NCBI GenBank assembly: GCA_963783575.1
Contig: CAWAOD010000009.1
Coordinates: 576,001-640,000, forward strand
Origin: an uncultured Spirochaetota bacterium
Lineage (GTDB): Bacteria; Spirochaetota; Brevinematia; Brevinematales; JAOACQ01
Reading direction: 5' to 3'
DNA length: 64,000 nucleotides
Shown here: positions 31,489 through 41,487 of the stretch, one piece after another
Layout: each line of letters starts with the position of its first letter
Position numbering within the stretch: position 1 is the first letter of the stretch
The notes under the pieces: model-generated
Database searches by the model: none
What the model saw: the letters and a program-made list of their open reading frames with translations, nothing else
Told to the model about the DNA's origin: nothing
Made by a program: the position numbers and the translations under genes

Positions 31489-31986
31489 ATGAAATATCAA
31501 GAAATTATTAACCTCCTCAACCTGAAACCGCATCCTGAGGAAGGCGGTTATTTCAGCGAAACCTACAGGTCTGATGAAAATATTTCCGGCAGATCGCTGC
31601 CTGAAAGATATAATAGCGGCCGCAGTTTCGGAACTTGTATTTATTATCTTCTGACAAAGGATTCAATCTCGGCGATGCATAAATTGAATAGCGACGAGAT
31701 TTTTCATTTTTATCTGGGTGATCCCATTGAAATAACTCTACTTTATCCCGACGGTAGCGGGGGTATTCATATTCTTGGCCCGGATTTATCCGGGGGAATG
31801 AGACCTCAGATTATCGTTCCAATGGGTGTCTGGCAGGGTTCGAGACTTATCGGAGGAGATTTTGCACTTTTAGGGACAACAGTAGCCCCCGGTTTTGAAT
31901 ACGATGATTATGAGAATGGGAAAAGAGATAAATTAATTAAATTGTATCCTGAATTTATGAATAATATAATAAAACTCACAAAATAA
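31489..31986 (+). CDS. Cupin_5 (DUF985) protein
   Basis: LKPHPEEGGYF, SDEIFHFYLG, VAPGFEY. Confidence 0.88.
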   Translation: MKYQEIINLLNLKPHPEEGGYFSETYRSDENISGRSLPERYNSGRSFGTCIYYLLTKDSISAMHKLNSDEIFHFYLGDPIEITLLYPDGSGGIHILGPDLSGGMRPQIIVPMGVWQGSRLIGGDFALLGTTVAPGFEYDDYENGKRDKLIKLYPEFMNNIIKLTK

Positions 31987-31989
31987 TAT

Positions 31990-32421
31990 TTATTTTTGGT
32001 TCAGGTCTTTAGTAAAAACAAGAATATCATTTCGCTTAGTCCAGCCTGTTTTATTCCAGAAAGTTTGTCCCAACTCATTATCTTTTACGACAAATAGATG
32101 GCATCTTAATATTCCTTTTTTTCCCAAATTTTTAATTGCCTTATCGATAAGCTTTTTCCCTACTCCTTTCATTCTGAAAGCCGGATCTACAGCAAGGTGA
32201 TATATAAACCCGCGTCTTCCATCATGACCACAAAGTACAGTTCCAATGACTTTTCCTCCGGTTTCTGATACAAAACTCATCCCGGGATTTCTGTCCAGAA
32301 ATATTTTTATGTTTTCTTTATTGTCGGATTCATTCAATCTTATGCCGGATGTAATACTCAATAATTCATATGATACCTCATAATCAAGAATTGTCATCTC
32401 CCGGATTGTAAAGCCGGACAT
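31990..32421 (-). CDS. GNAT acetyltransferase (YpeA-like)
   Basis: GHDGRRGFIYHLAVDPAFRMKGVG. Confidence 0.88.
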   Translation of the reverse strand: MSGFTIREMTILDYEVSYELLSITSGIRLNESDNKENIKIFLDRNPGMSFVSETGGKVIGTVLCGHDGRRGFIYHLAVDPAFRMKGVGKKLIDKAIKNLGKKGILRCHLFVVKDNELGQTFWNKTGWTKRNDILVFTKDLNQK

Positions 32422-32454
32422 AAAAACTCCTCTATATTAAATACATGCTTTTTG

Positions 32455-33204
32455 TCAAGCACTCAATAATAAAAAATATATCGTCATATCAGCAAAAATG
32501 TGTGTAACAACCGGTGCCAGCATACCGCCGGAAGCACTCCGGATCAATCCTATGAAAAATCCATATATCCCTGCCAGCATCATACCGCTGATTCCCCTGG
32601 GAAATCCATGGTAATGGATTAGTCCGAAGAATACTGATTGGATTATATTGATCAGAATTAAATTAATAAAAATCATTTCCAGTTCATTCCACAAAATACC
32701 TCTTAAAATGAACTCTTCGCATATTGTGTTAAAAATTGAAAACAATACCCCGGCAATAATAATCAGTATAATATTGTTGTGGGGAAGCATTTTTGTGAGA
32801 TCTCCGACATCCGGTTTTGAGAAAATAAACCAGAGTGTAAGGCCGATGGAACTCAAAACAATTGTAGGAATCATTAATAAAAGGGTAATTTTGTTAAATC
32901 TCCCGATTTTTAGCCAGGTTGTTTCGTCCCTTACCGGTTTTGAAAAGCCGAATATAATGAAATAGATTAGTAAAGGTGCTAAAAATGAAAAAGGCCAAGG
33001 TAAACTGATACAAATCCCAATAAAAAAAATTACCCAGAAAAAAGAGACGCTGAAAAGTTGAAATTGATTCCGGAAAAAATAAATCTCTATTACAAGACAA
33101 GGTATGAGTAAAAGCCAGGAATATGGACTGTTATAAAATAGCGTGAAAAATGGAATAATGATTGTTAATAATAATAATATCGAATTAAAATATTTATTTT
33201 TCAT
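32455..33204 (-). CDS. CPBP (Abi/Rce1-like) intramembrane metalloprotease
   Basis: EEFILRG, FGLIH, H...D motifs; multi-TM. Confidence 0.85.
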   Translation of the reverse strand: MKNKYFNSILLLLTIIIPFFTLFYNSPYSWLLLIPCLVIEIYFFRNQFQLFSVSFFWVIFFIGICISLPWPFSFLAPLLIYFIIFGFSKPVRDETTWLKIGRFNKITLLLMIPTIVLSSIGLTLWFIFSKPDVGDLTKMLPHNNIILIIIAGVLFSIFNTICEEFILRGILWNELEMIFINLILINIIQSVFFGLIHYHGFPRGISGMMLAGIYGFFIGLIRSASGGMLAPVVTHIFADMTIYFLLLSA

Positions 33205-33475
33205 AACTCAAATCCGGGTGATTTATTATTCAACTTTTAAAAATATCAATTTGATGGTAATAATTATATTAACTAAATCTCTAAATAAATTCCAATTATT
33301 ATACTTTTAGCAGCTCAAAATCTCATTAACACTATTTTAAATAAACTTAAATAATATTAATATTGCTTTTTTGACCTAAATTACCCGGTAATATAAAATA
33401 TATGTCTATTTGAAGCTTTCATATCACTTTAATAAATATATTCAAAGTTAACATAATAAATTAAGGACTGTTAAT

Positions 33476-36295
33476 ATGAAATATTTATTTTGTTTATTTC
33501 TTTTAATTTTACCTATATGCCTTAATGCAGGGATATTCGGCGATTCACTTGCTAAGCCCGGCCAGAAGATTTCTGTAATAAAAACAGAAAATTTTGATTT
33601 TATTTTTCCCGAATCATCCCGGGAAACTGCTGAATATCTGGCATCAAAAGCGGATAATATTTATAACCGTCTTGCAGGTGAATATCATATGCCACGTCAA
33701 TTCAGGGTACCGGTTGTAATAACTCCGGATATAGGCTTTTTGAACAGTGCTTACGAAATAGCCCCTTTCCCGAAAATCGTGATTCTTGATTTTCCATATT
33801 CGGCAGATAACAGCCTTGGCAACCAATCAAACTGGATTATCGATGTTTTTACGCATGAATTGACCCATACAGTAAGTTTGAGCTGCGGTGACGGTACAGG
33901 CGATGTATTGCGCATTCTTTTCGGCGAATGGGTAATGGATTCATTAATGCAGCCTGTCCGCCCGGGTTTCCTTATCGAGGGAGCCGCTGTCAGCAGTGAA
34001 AGTTCAGAAGGCTTCGGCAGAGCCAACGACCCGATTGTCAGGAACACAATCCAGCAGGACATTCTTGAGGGAAAAGAAAAAAATCCTATTCAGGCATCTT
34101 ATGCATATGACCTTTACGGTGAGGGAAATATCTATTATTTTTATGGAGGGGTTTTCTGCCAGTATATACAGAGGAAATATGGCATGGACAAGTTTTCTCA
34201 ACTCTGGCATGTTACGGGAAGCCTTTCAATCGAATATATTTTCGGCTTTTCAAGTATTTTCCAGAGTATTTACGGAACTTCCCTTGACTGGGAGTGGATG
34301 CTCTTCCTTCAGGAATTAGGTAATGCAGCCCAGCCTGCAGGCGTGACAAGAAATGTCGCAGTAATTACGCATGACTACCGGATATTGTATTCGCTTTGCG
34401 CAGCTGGTAAAAATTTGTATTATAATGATGAAACGGACGGAAAGGTCAGGAAGTATGAATTATCCAGCCGGAAGACATCAACCCTTTTAGACTTTAATGC
34501 TGAAACAATATCTCCTTCGGAGGATGCAAAAAGCCTTGGGATAACTTTTACTGTGATGAAAGGCCAGTTTCCATACAGGATCGGCCGTATTTACAACCTT
34601 GAAAAGCAGAGACTTAATTCACGAGAATATACTAACGCTATGGAAATCCTGCCTCTTTCAAACGGCAATATTCTGGAAATACGGCACCGGCTACATTTTA
34701 CCGATCTGGTCATGATTTCAAAGGATGGTTCTGAGAATGTTTTAATCAGCGGAAACAATGCGCTGAACTTAAGCGACCTAACATCCTATGGATCAGGAAA
34801 AATTGCTTTTCTGATGGATGATCATGGGAAAAGAAGTATCAAAATTCTGGATATTGAATCCGGTAAATTATTTTCTTTTGAAGGGCTTCCCGATTCGGTA
34901 AAATTTATAAGAGGTCTTTCATTAGACAACGGCAATCTGTTTTTTGTTTATGAGAATACAGGGTCGCTTTACAAACTGGGAATGATTAAAGGAGATCAAG
35001 CGATATTATGTACAAATATATATAGCGGAGGAGTTTTCAATCCCGTCAGCATTGACGGATCGATTTATTATATAGCAAATTTCTCCGAAGGTCAGAAAAT
35101 CGCAAAATATCCGGAAGCTGAAGCTGATTTAACCGGAATTCGATATGAGGTTGCATTAAAAGAATACTCAAGTAAAATTGACGAACCCTTTTTGACGGCT
35201 GAATCTCAAGTAAATTCAATCAAAAATACAGAATATTCTCCATGGAACTATGCATTTCTTGATTCCCGCTATCCGGTAACTTCTCTTGGCAGGAACCTGG
35301 TTCCTGACAGCCTGGGTTTGGGTTTTATTTTCGGTGATGCAATGGAAGAAAACAGTGTTAATATTGAAGCTTCATTTAATTATATGGCGCTTCACCCCGA
35401 TATCTTATTAGACTGGCAGAATACATCCCTTCCTTATCATCCCGGGCTGGTTTTTTCCGATCAGGCCGTATATTACGGATCATTGGACAGATATGTCCGT
35501 GAAACCACCGCTCTTGCTTCTGTAAGTTCTGTCTGGTATTTTTTTAATGATTCCGCGATTTTTGCAGGATTGGCTGCAAGCTACGGTATTGCTGCTGTCG
35601 ATCCGGGAACAGGCCAGATACCATATTACTGGCATTATCAATATCAAAATACAGTTGCCGAAGGGTACCTTGGATATTCAAGCCTATACATTAAACCATC
35701 CAGATTTTACGAGGCCGAAGGTCTTCAAACGGTAACATATCTGGATTATCAGTTTGAAAGCAGAACTTATAAATCTGAGACGCTTCTGCAATTTTATCCC
35801 GGATTACCCTGGCCGGATTATTTCCTGCTGTCCGCAGCTTATAGTCCCTCAGCGGTTTTCAATCCTTCTTCCCAGAGCCTGACTTTCGGGCAGGACCACT
35901 ATCCTGCTTACTGGGAATATTACAACTTTCCGAAATACTCCAATTATTATTTTGGAGGCGAATGGAACAATCTATTATACAGCTGGGAAATTCAGAACGG
36001 ATTCTGGCATTTGTATTTTAATAGGCTCTATTTTACTGCCGGCTATAGATATGCTTATCTGGCTGATACTTATTTGAATTCGATTTTTATAAGGATGAGC
36101 CTAAATTTCGGACATCCGAATTATTCAGGCGGTGTAACCCCATGCTTTGAAGTTTTTTATCGATTGAACGACGGCGATGCCGGATGTTTTTTCAATCTTG
36201 TCATTGTCGATCTCGCCCTATTATTTCAGGATAAACAAGGTTTATTCAAGGATAAACAGGGATCGGATGGGGTGAAAAAACATCCGGAATGGTAA
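33476..36295 (+). CDS. Exported multidomain protein: zinc metallopeptidase-like, beta-propeller and probable barrel
   Basis: Signal peptide, HELTH plus downstream IEGAAV, propeller-like repeats, aromatic-rich strands. Confidence 0.6.
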   Translation: MKYLFCLFLLILPICLNAGIFGDSLAKPGQKISVIKTENFDFIFPESSRETAEYLASKADNIYNRLAGEYHMPRQFRVPVVITPDIGFLNSAYEIAPFPKIVILDFPYSADNSLGNQSNWIIDVFTHELTHTVSLSCGDGTGDVLRILFGEWVMDSLMQPVRPGFLIEGAAVSSESSEGFGRANDPIVRNTIQQDILEGKEKNPIQASYAYDLYGEGNIYYFYGGVFCQYIQRKYGMDKFSQLWHVTGSLSIEYIFGFSSIFQSIYGTSLDWEWMLFLQELGNAAQPAGVTRNVAVITHDYRILYSLCAAGKNLYYNDETDGKVRKYELSSRKTSTLLDFNAETISPSEDAKSLGITFTVMKGQFPYRIGRIYNLEKQRLNSREYTNAMEILPLSNGNILEIRHRLHFTDLVMISKDGSENVLISGNNALNLSDLTSYGSGKIAFLMDDHGKRSIKILDIESGKLFSFEGLPDSVKFIRGLSLDNGNLFFVYENTGSLYKLGMIKGDQAILCTNIYSGGVFNPVSIDGSIYYIANFSEGQKIAKYPEAEADLTGIRYEVALKEYSSKIDEPFLTAESQVNSIKNTEYSPWNYAFLDSRYPVTSLGRNLVPDSLGLGFIFGDAMEENSVNIEASFNYMALHPDILLDWQNTSLPYHPGLVFSDQAVYYGSLDRYVRETTALASVSSVWYFFNDSAIFAGLAASYGIAAVDPGTGQIPYYWHYQYQNTVAEGYLGYSSLYIKPSRFYEAEGLQTVTYLDYQFESRTYKSETLLQFYPGLPWPDYFLLSAAYSPSAVFNPSSQSLTFGQDHYPAYWEYYNFPKYSNYYFGGEWNNLLYSWEIQNGFWHLYFNRLYFTAGYRYAYLADTYLNSIFIRMSLNFGHPNYSGGVTPCFEVFYRLNDGDAGCFFNLVIVDLALLFQDKQGLFKDKQGSDGVKKHPEW

Positions 36296-36388
36296 GTGAA
36301 TAAACTAAATAACTGTAAAAAAGGGAAAGAGCGTATACTCATTCCCATAGATATAACTTTGTTGAAATGTTTAATATTACTGTATATA

Positions 36389-36610
36389 TTATTTCGCTGA
36401 CGACACAATTAAGTAAAATGCGCCAAAACCTGCAGCCGCTCCAAGACAGCATCCTCCTGAAGCATATAATAGATTATTCATCTTTGCCTTATCTTTATAT
36501 CCTTCATTAAATCCCATAACATAATCGGCTGATTTTCCTATTAGTGCTTCCATGGGTGCGTTTGCCGGAACTAAAGCCGCAACAACGACATCGACGATAT
36601 CAATATATAA
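36389..36610 (-). pseudogene. 5'-truncated remnant of the GKS..YV.G membrane-protein family
   Basis: Translates VPANAPMEALIGKSADYVMGFNEGYKDKAKMNNLLYASGGCCLG...SSAK*. Confidence 0.7.
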
Positions 36611-36811
36611 GACCTAATAGCTGAATCTCAAAACGGTTCTCTAATAATAACTAATTTTCTGACATCAAATAACTTTTTTAGTTAATAAGAATAGCTTCTC
36701 AGGCAAAATAAAGAGCGAAGAGCTTGACATTTACAAGTATATTATATCCATGCTTTATTAGGTATGATAATGATATTACTTATGAATTGAAATAAATTTT
36801 CTAATTAAACA

Positions 36812-37414
36812 TTACATAGAAATTGAATTGTAAGCATCAATAAATTTTTGTTCCTTTAATTTTTCAGCTATTTGAATCTGAATTAGATCAAGAACATATT
36901 TATAGCCATCTTCAATTTCGTTCATACCTACTAATGGTACTGTTGTTTTTTCGGAATAGGCAACTTCACTCCATAAAGCCGGTAAATCAGAAGATTTTTT
37001 AAGTTCCATCAATAACTTCATTTCAATATTATAGGCCATATATCCGTCACACCAAAAGTAGACAATGCCAATATTCAGCTGAGGAATATTTTGAGAATCA
37101 TCAATCGGTTCATAACCGACTGATCTCAAACAATCACTGATCATATTTTTAATAGTAGTTAAAGGCAACGGGGATTTTACTTCCAATGCGAAAGGCATAC
37201 CATATGTATTCCTGACAACGCCTACCTGAGATGGGTTATTTCTTCCCTTATCCTGGGATCTTAAATCTTTTATTATCAGAACTATTGGTTTTTTCCCTGA
37301 TACTTGCTCTGAAGGCCTTGTATAATGTAATGTTAGCGAACAACCGCTTAAAGAAAAAGCGATAAAACCTGTCATTAAAATAATTAAATACTTAAACTTA
37401 CCACACATAAACAC
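36812..37414 (-). CDS. YajG-like lipoprotein
   Basis: LSGC lipobox, DLR motif, GVVRNTYG. Confidence 0.5.
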   Translation of the reverse strand: MFMCGKFKYLIILMTGFIAFSLSGCSLTLHYTRPSEQVSGKKPIVLIIKDLRSQDKGRNNPSQVGVVRNTYGMPFALEVKSPLPLTTIKNMISDCLRSVGYEPIDDSQNIPQLNIGIVYFWCDGYMAYNIEMKLLMELKKSSDLPALWSEVAYSEKTTVPLVGMNEIEDGYKYVLDLIQIQIAEKLKEQKFIDAYNSISM

Positions 37415-37574
37415 CCTCCAAAAAACATAATATAAAATTGAGAATCAAATTGCCTTATAATAAATCTAATCGAAAATGAATTCATTGCCTCGAAATATAC
37501 ACGAAAATTGTTCAAAAAGCAAACCACTACCTTCAACTCCTTCAAGACAATATCTTATATATAAATTAATTTAA

Positions 37575-37714
37575 AGATGGTTCGAAAATCTCATTGAACC
37601 AATATTCTAAAAAATGGAACTGTCCTTAATTTTTTGTAAATATATATGAAAGAAAATCAAAAACTTCATCAGTATTTAAATAGGCATTTTAATAATGAGT
37701 TATTAGAAGTGACT
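37575..37714. repeat. MITE-like repeat, copy 2 (degenerate)
   Basis: Collinear with 9055-9196 (TTCGAAAATC...AAAACTTCATCA...TAGAAGTG). Confidence 0.75.
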
Positions 37715-37738
37715 AAAATTAAATACTAATATAGTTTA

Positions 37739-38194
37739 TTATCTGCTGCTTGAAGCTGATGCACCAATGATAATTACATACAAAATTACTTCAGCTGCGG
37801 CGCTTACACCACATCCATACATGGCATATTTAAAATTAGCTCCCTTTGCACTTTCTTTAAATCCATCTGTGTATCCTAAAACATAAGAGGAAGATTTTCC
37901 CATCAAATCTTCGACCGGTACAGTCGGATCAATAACATATGGGAGGATTATTCCTAAAACACCGAGCAAACAACCACTGAAAAACCAAGCTCCATTTCCT
38001 GCTTTAGCGCCTTTAGCCATCCCTTCAATTTTGCCTTTTACGAAATCATCGGTTGAGGATGTTGATGCATTTGTCGATGTTTCTACAGGAGCAACATTTG
38101 TGGAAACAGTATTGGTATCTGAAAATACAACTAATGGCAGAAGCAGCAGATTACCTGCCAATACAACGGCTAAAATTCTTTTTGATAATCCCAT
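37739..38194 (-). CDS. Unknown exported membrane protein (paralogue family)
   Basis: Signal peptide, TN-rich linker, DDFVKGK.EG..KG...WFFSGCLL...GKSSSYVLG. Confidence 0.7.
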   Translation of the reverse strand: MGLSKRILAVVLAGNLLLLPLVVFSDTNTVSTNVAPVETSTNASTSSTDDFVKGKIEGMAKGAKAGNGAWFFSGCLLGVLGIILPYVIDPTVPVEDLMGKSSSYVLGYTDGFKESAKGANFKYAMYGCGVSAAAEVILYVIIIGASASSSR

Positions 38195-38421
38195 TCTGTA
38201 ATCCTCCTAAAATAAAAAATATATATTATTATTAATTATTATTTTTGATTTGTCAATATTTAATGTGGTATAATAAAATAAATTCATAATTGTAAAACAT
38301 TATTATTTCAAAGTATTTAACTAAATATAGATACACGCTTTATTGTCATATAAAACCAACAAATAAACCGGCAACAAAATGAAGTAATTTTACTTCCGTT
38401 CAAAATAAAGAGTTAAGCATA

Positions 38422-39813
38422 TTAAATTATTAAAATTATAATCCCGACAGCAGCACCAACGCCGCAGCCTATAAGGGCATAATTAAAGTTAGCCGACTTA
38501 GCTTTTTCATTGAAACCGTCAGTGAATCCTAATACATAAGAGGAAGATTTCCCGATCAAATCCTCGGTCGGTAAAGTCGGATCAATCATATAGGGCAGAA
38601 TTAGCCCAATAACACTCAGTAAGCATCCGCTGAAAAACCAGGCCCCATTCCCTGATTTAGCGCCTTTAATCATACCATCCATTTTACCTTTGACGTAATC
38701 ATCTGTTTTGGCAGATGCTGAAGGTACGGTAGTATTTGTAACTATACTGTTTGTAATTACATTTGTAAGAGTGTTTTCTTTTCCGGCATCAAACACTAAT
38801 TCATAATTCTTACCTTCTTCAATGTTTATTGCTTTTATACCCAGAACTTTACCGCTGTTTTCAATCCTGATAAGGTTAGAAACTCCGGCACGGACATTAC
38901 TAAGGTTCAATTCACCGTTTATGTCGGCTTTGCCTGAAGATACATTATTAATAAATATCTCTGACATTGGCTTTGTTTTAACTGATAAAGAACCGGAAGG
39001 AAAATAATCAAGTGCATAAACCTCTCCCTCTTTAACTGTAATAAAATTGCGATAAACTTCTTTTTCGACGCCCTGGCCGGGAATCCTCAATGAGATTTCG
39101 TTTGCCGAATCAGCTACTATACTGTCCATATAACCTGCGTTTTTATTGATTTCTTTCTGAAAATTTCCATTTATAAAAAGCTTATAGTCCCTATTCTCAG
39201 ACTCAATATCGACCTTAAGCTTTCCAGTTGTTATTGTTCTACCCAGGATTAAGGAACTGATGTTCTTTATCAACTTATCAATAGTATCGAAAATATCAAC
39301 CCCGGCTTTATCTTCGTACTTTCTTTTCAGAATAAGGTCTCCCGTAGTGACATCATACACATAAACATTAATCAGAATGGTATCTTTTTGCTTGTTGACC
39401 TTATAATCCCCAACGATGATGTGTTTGGCTTTCATCAAAAGCCCCATGTCGAGAGCTGTGTTAATATCTAGTTTTTTTGATTCCCAGAAATTGTTCTGTT
39501 TGGCATGTTTTTCCACATCATCAAATTCTATAATCTTCACACCGGGTACTTTCGAGAGAAAAATTATCATAGACTTACTGATGACAAGATTTATATCTTT
39601 ATCCGGCTTATCGCCCATATTAATAAAACCGATAACGGCAAGGGTCTGTTTATCTTCTAAAGTTGATAAAGATCCGCTGCCTGATTTATTGTCTTTAATC
39701 ATAACATTTGCCGTATTAGTTGAAACAGTATTCGTATCTGAATAAACAAATAACGGTACAAACAAAATGTTATATATCAAAACAGCCGACAGAATTTTTT
39801 TTAATACTCCCAT
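38422..39813 (-). CDS. Paralogue with inserted TolB_N/CsgG-like and PEGA-like domains
   Basis: Same N- and C-termini as 37739-38194; internal LAVIGFIN...IIVGDY...DIFDTID region and beta-rich repeats. Confidence 0.65.
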   Translation of the reverse strand: MGVLKKILSAVLIYNILFVPLFVYSDTNTVSTNTANVMIKDNKSGSGSLSTLEDKQTLAVIGFINMGDKPDKDINLVISKSMIIFLSKVPGVKIIEFDDVEKHAKQNNFWESKKLDINTALDMGLLMKAKHIIVGDYKVNKQKDTILINVYVYDVTTGDLILKRKYEDKAGVDIFDTIDKLIKNISSLILGRTITTGKLKVDIESENRDYKLFINGNFQKEINKNAGYMDSIVADSANEISLRIPGQGVEKEVYRNFITVKEGEVYALDYFPSGSLSVKTKPMSEIFINNVSSGKADINGELNLSNVRAGVSNLIRIENSGKVLGIKAINIEEGKNYELVFDAGKENTLTNVITNSIVTNTTVPSASAKTDDYVKGKMDGMIKGAKSGNGAWFFSGCLLSVIGLILPYMIDPTLPTEDLIGKSSSYVLGFTDGFNEKAKSANFNYALIGCGVGAAVGIIILII

Positions 39814-39902
39814 ACTGAAATCCTCCCCTAAATTAAAATAATTTTAAATATTATTTAATAATATTCCTGATTTGTCAATATTGCCGGTTTAAAATCCTAT
39901 AT

Positions 39903-40059
39903 GGGCAGTTCGAAAATCTCATTAAAATCAGTTTTTATAAAACGGAACTGTGGGCTTTTATTATTGCCCTTAAGTTTTTATAAATATATATAAAAGAAAG
40001 ATAAAAACTTCATCAATATTTAAACAAACACCTCTAAAAATGAGTTTTTAGAGGTGCCC
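39903..40059. repeat. MITE-like repeat, copy 3
   Basis: GGGCA...TGCCC ends flanked by ATAT on both sides; short internal insertion relative to copy 1. Confidence 0.8.
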
Positions 40060-40062
40060 ATA

Positions 40063-40517
40063 TTAAGCCAAAATTATAAAATCACATAAGGGGACCGCCG
40101 GAAGAATAAGCCGCAAAAACAATGATGAAATATATAGCGACATCCGCCGCCGCATTTACGCCGCACCCGTATAGGGCGTATTTTAAGCTAGAAGCCTTTG
40201 CCTTTTCAATAAACCCTTCAGTATAACCTTAAAACGTAAGAGGAAGGTTTACCTATAAGATCGTTGTTTGGAACTGATGGATCTATAGCGCAGGGCAGAA
40301 TTAAACCAATTACACTCAATAAAAACCCGCTAAAAAACCAATATCTATCGCCTGAATTGGAGCCCTTGATCATCCCCTCCATTTTGCCTTTTACAAAATC
40401 ATCCATGGATAGTTCAGCATTGTATGCTAAAATATTGGTTTCTGAAAAAACCAATAGCGGCAGAATCAATAAATTGAAGGTTATTATGGAAGACAAAGTC
40501 CTTTTTAATAATCCCAT
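40063..40517 (-). pseudogene. Paralogue of 37739-38194 with 1-nt insertion at ~40230
   Basis: Removing one A restores YVLGYTEGFIEKAKASSLKYALYGCG to TAA at 40063. Confidence 0.7.
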
Positions 40518-40531
40518 TCTGAAATTCTCCG

Positions 40532-40586
40532 TTAATAAAGATCCTCAAGGCAAAGCCTCAAGGTATTAAAATCAGAAAAACTGAAA
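40532..40586. repeat. Second dispersed repeat family, copy 2
   Basis: Matches 11412-11467. Confidence 0.7.
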
Positions 40587-40611
40587 GCCCAAGCTCAATC
40601 CTTAAAAAGAT

Positions 40612-41487
40612 CTAATAATTCATTTCTATTAAAATATCGTTAAGGAATTTTGTGTTTATTTTTTCATTATGGTCTTCGGCTATCTTTCTTGCATTTTGAA
40701 TATTCCCGGAATAATAGCGGTCCATAACAAACATTCCGACAAGAATCGCATCGGCATAATTTCCTGAAAGAATACTTGAATAGATGTAAACAATAATAGC
40801 GCTGTTCAAAGCCAGTGCGTTCAAACCGCTCAAAAAGTTTCCGGCATAAATCTGGCCTGAGCCTATTATAAAAGTTGATAACCATCCTGCCAATTCCGGC
40901 GATTTATAATCCGCTTTTTCAGCTTCTTTGAGTTTTAAACGTATAAAAGAGGCCATTTTTAATCCTGTTCTCTGGAAAGTCTGAGGATTTACCTGATTCC
41001 AATAATCCAGGTAACGGTTAAATGCCTGATCCGCACTGGTCCATTCGGAATTTATAATATAAGATAGGAATAAAAGGAAAGCAGCCTGTTTTTTTATATC
41101 CGGATCATCCTGGAAATTCTCAAGCTCCAGTAATTCCATCCGAACTTCGCTTTTATTGTAATCATTAATTCTGGTATATTGTATTTCAAGGGTATAAATA
41201 TTTTTAATCTTTTCATCTTCAACTGCTGTTCTGGCAGCTTCAAGAAGAGACAGGCACAAGTCTTTCTTGCCTGATTTACGGTAAGTTCCGGCTATTTCTA
41301 TAATAAGTGATGTATTTGTATAGCTATCCGGATGAAAAAAAAGATAGCGCTTATATTCATGCGCCGCGTTTTCAAAATTTCCATTGCGGTTGAGTTCTCT
41401 CGCCAGTATAAGTTCGGAATCTTCAGTATAAACAAAATTGAAAAATACAATCATTAACAAAATGTTTATAATGATTTTATTTATCAT
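40612..41487 (-). CDS. TPR protein with C-terminal KSP..A..LS...GSGQ.Y membrane domain
   Basis: Signal peptide, AAHEYKRYLFFHP TPR, KSPELAGWLSTFIIGSGQIY. Confidence 0.65.
   Translation of the reverse strand: MINKIIINILLMIVFFNFVYTEDSELILARELNRNGNFENAAHEYKRYLFFHPDSYTNTSLIIEIAGTYRKSGKKDLCLSLLEAARTAVEDEKIKNIYTLEIQYTRINDYNKSEVRMELLELENFQDDPDIKKQAAFLLFLSYIINSEWTSADQAFNRYLDYWNQVNPQTFQRTGLKMASFIRLKLKEAEKADYKSPELAGWLSTFIIGSGQIYAGNFLSGLNALALNSAIIVYIYSSILSGNYADAILVGMFVMDRYYSGNIQNARKIAEDHNEKINTKFLNDILIEMNY

Noticed and set aside
9055..40059. CRISPR array or riboswitch explanation for the repeats
   Set aside because: Copies are dispersed, not regularly spaced; no cas genes; no riboswitch consensus recognised
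36389..40517. Diversity-generating retroelement template/variable repeats
   Set aside because: No reverse transcriptase in the window, and differences between copies do not look adenine-specific
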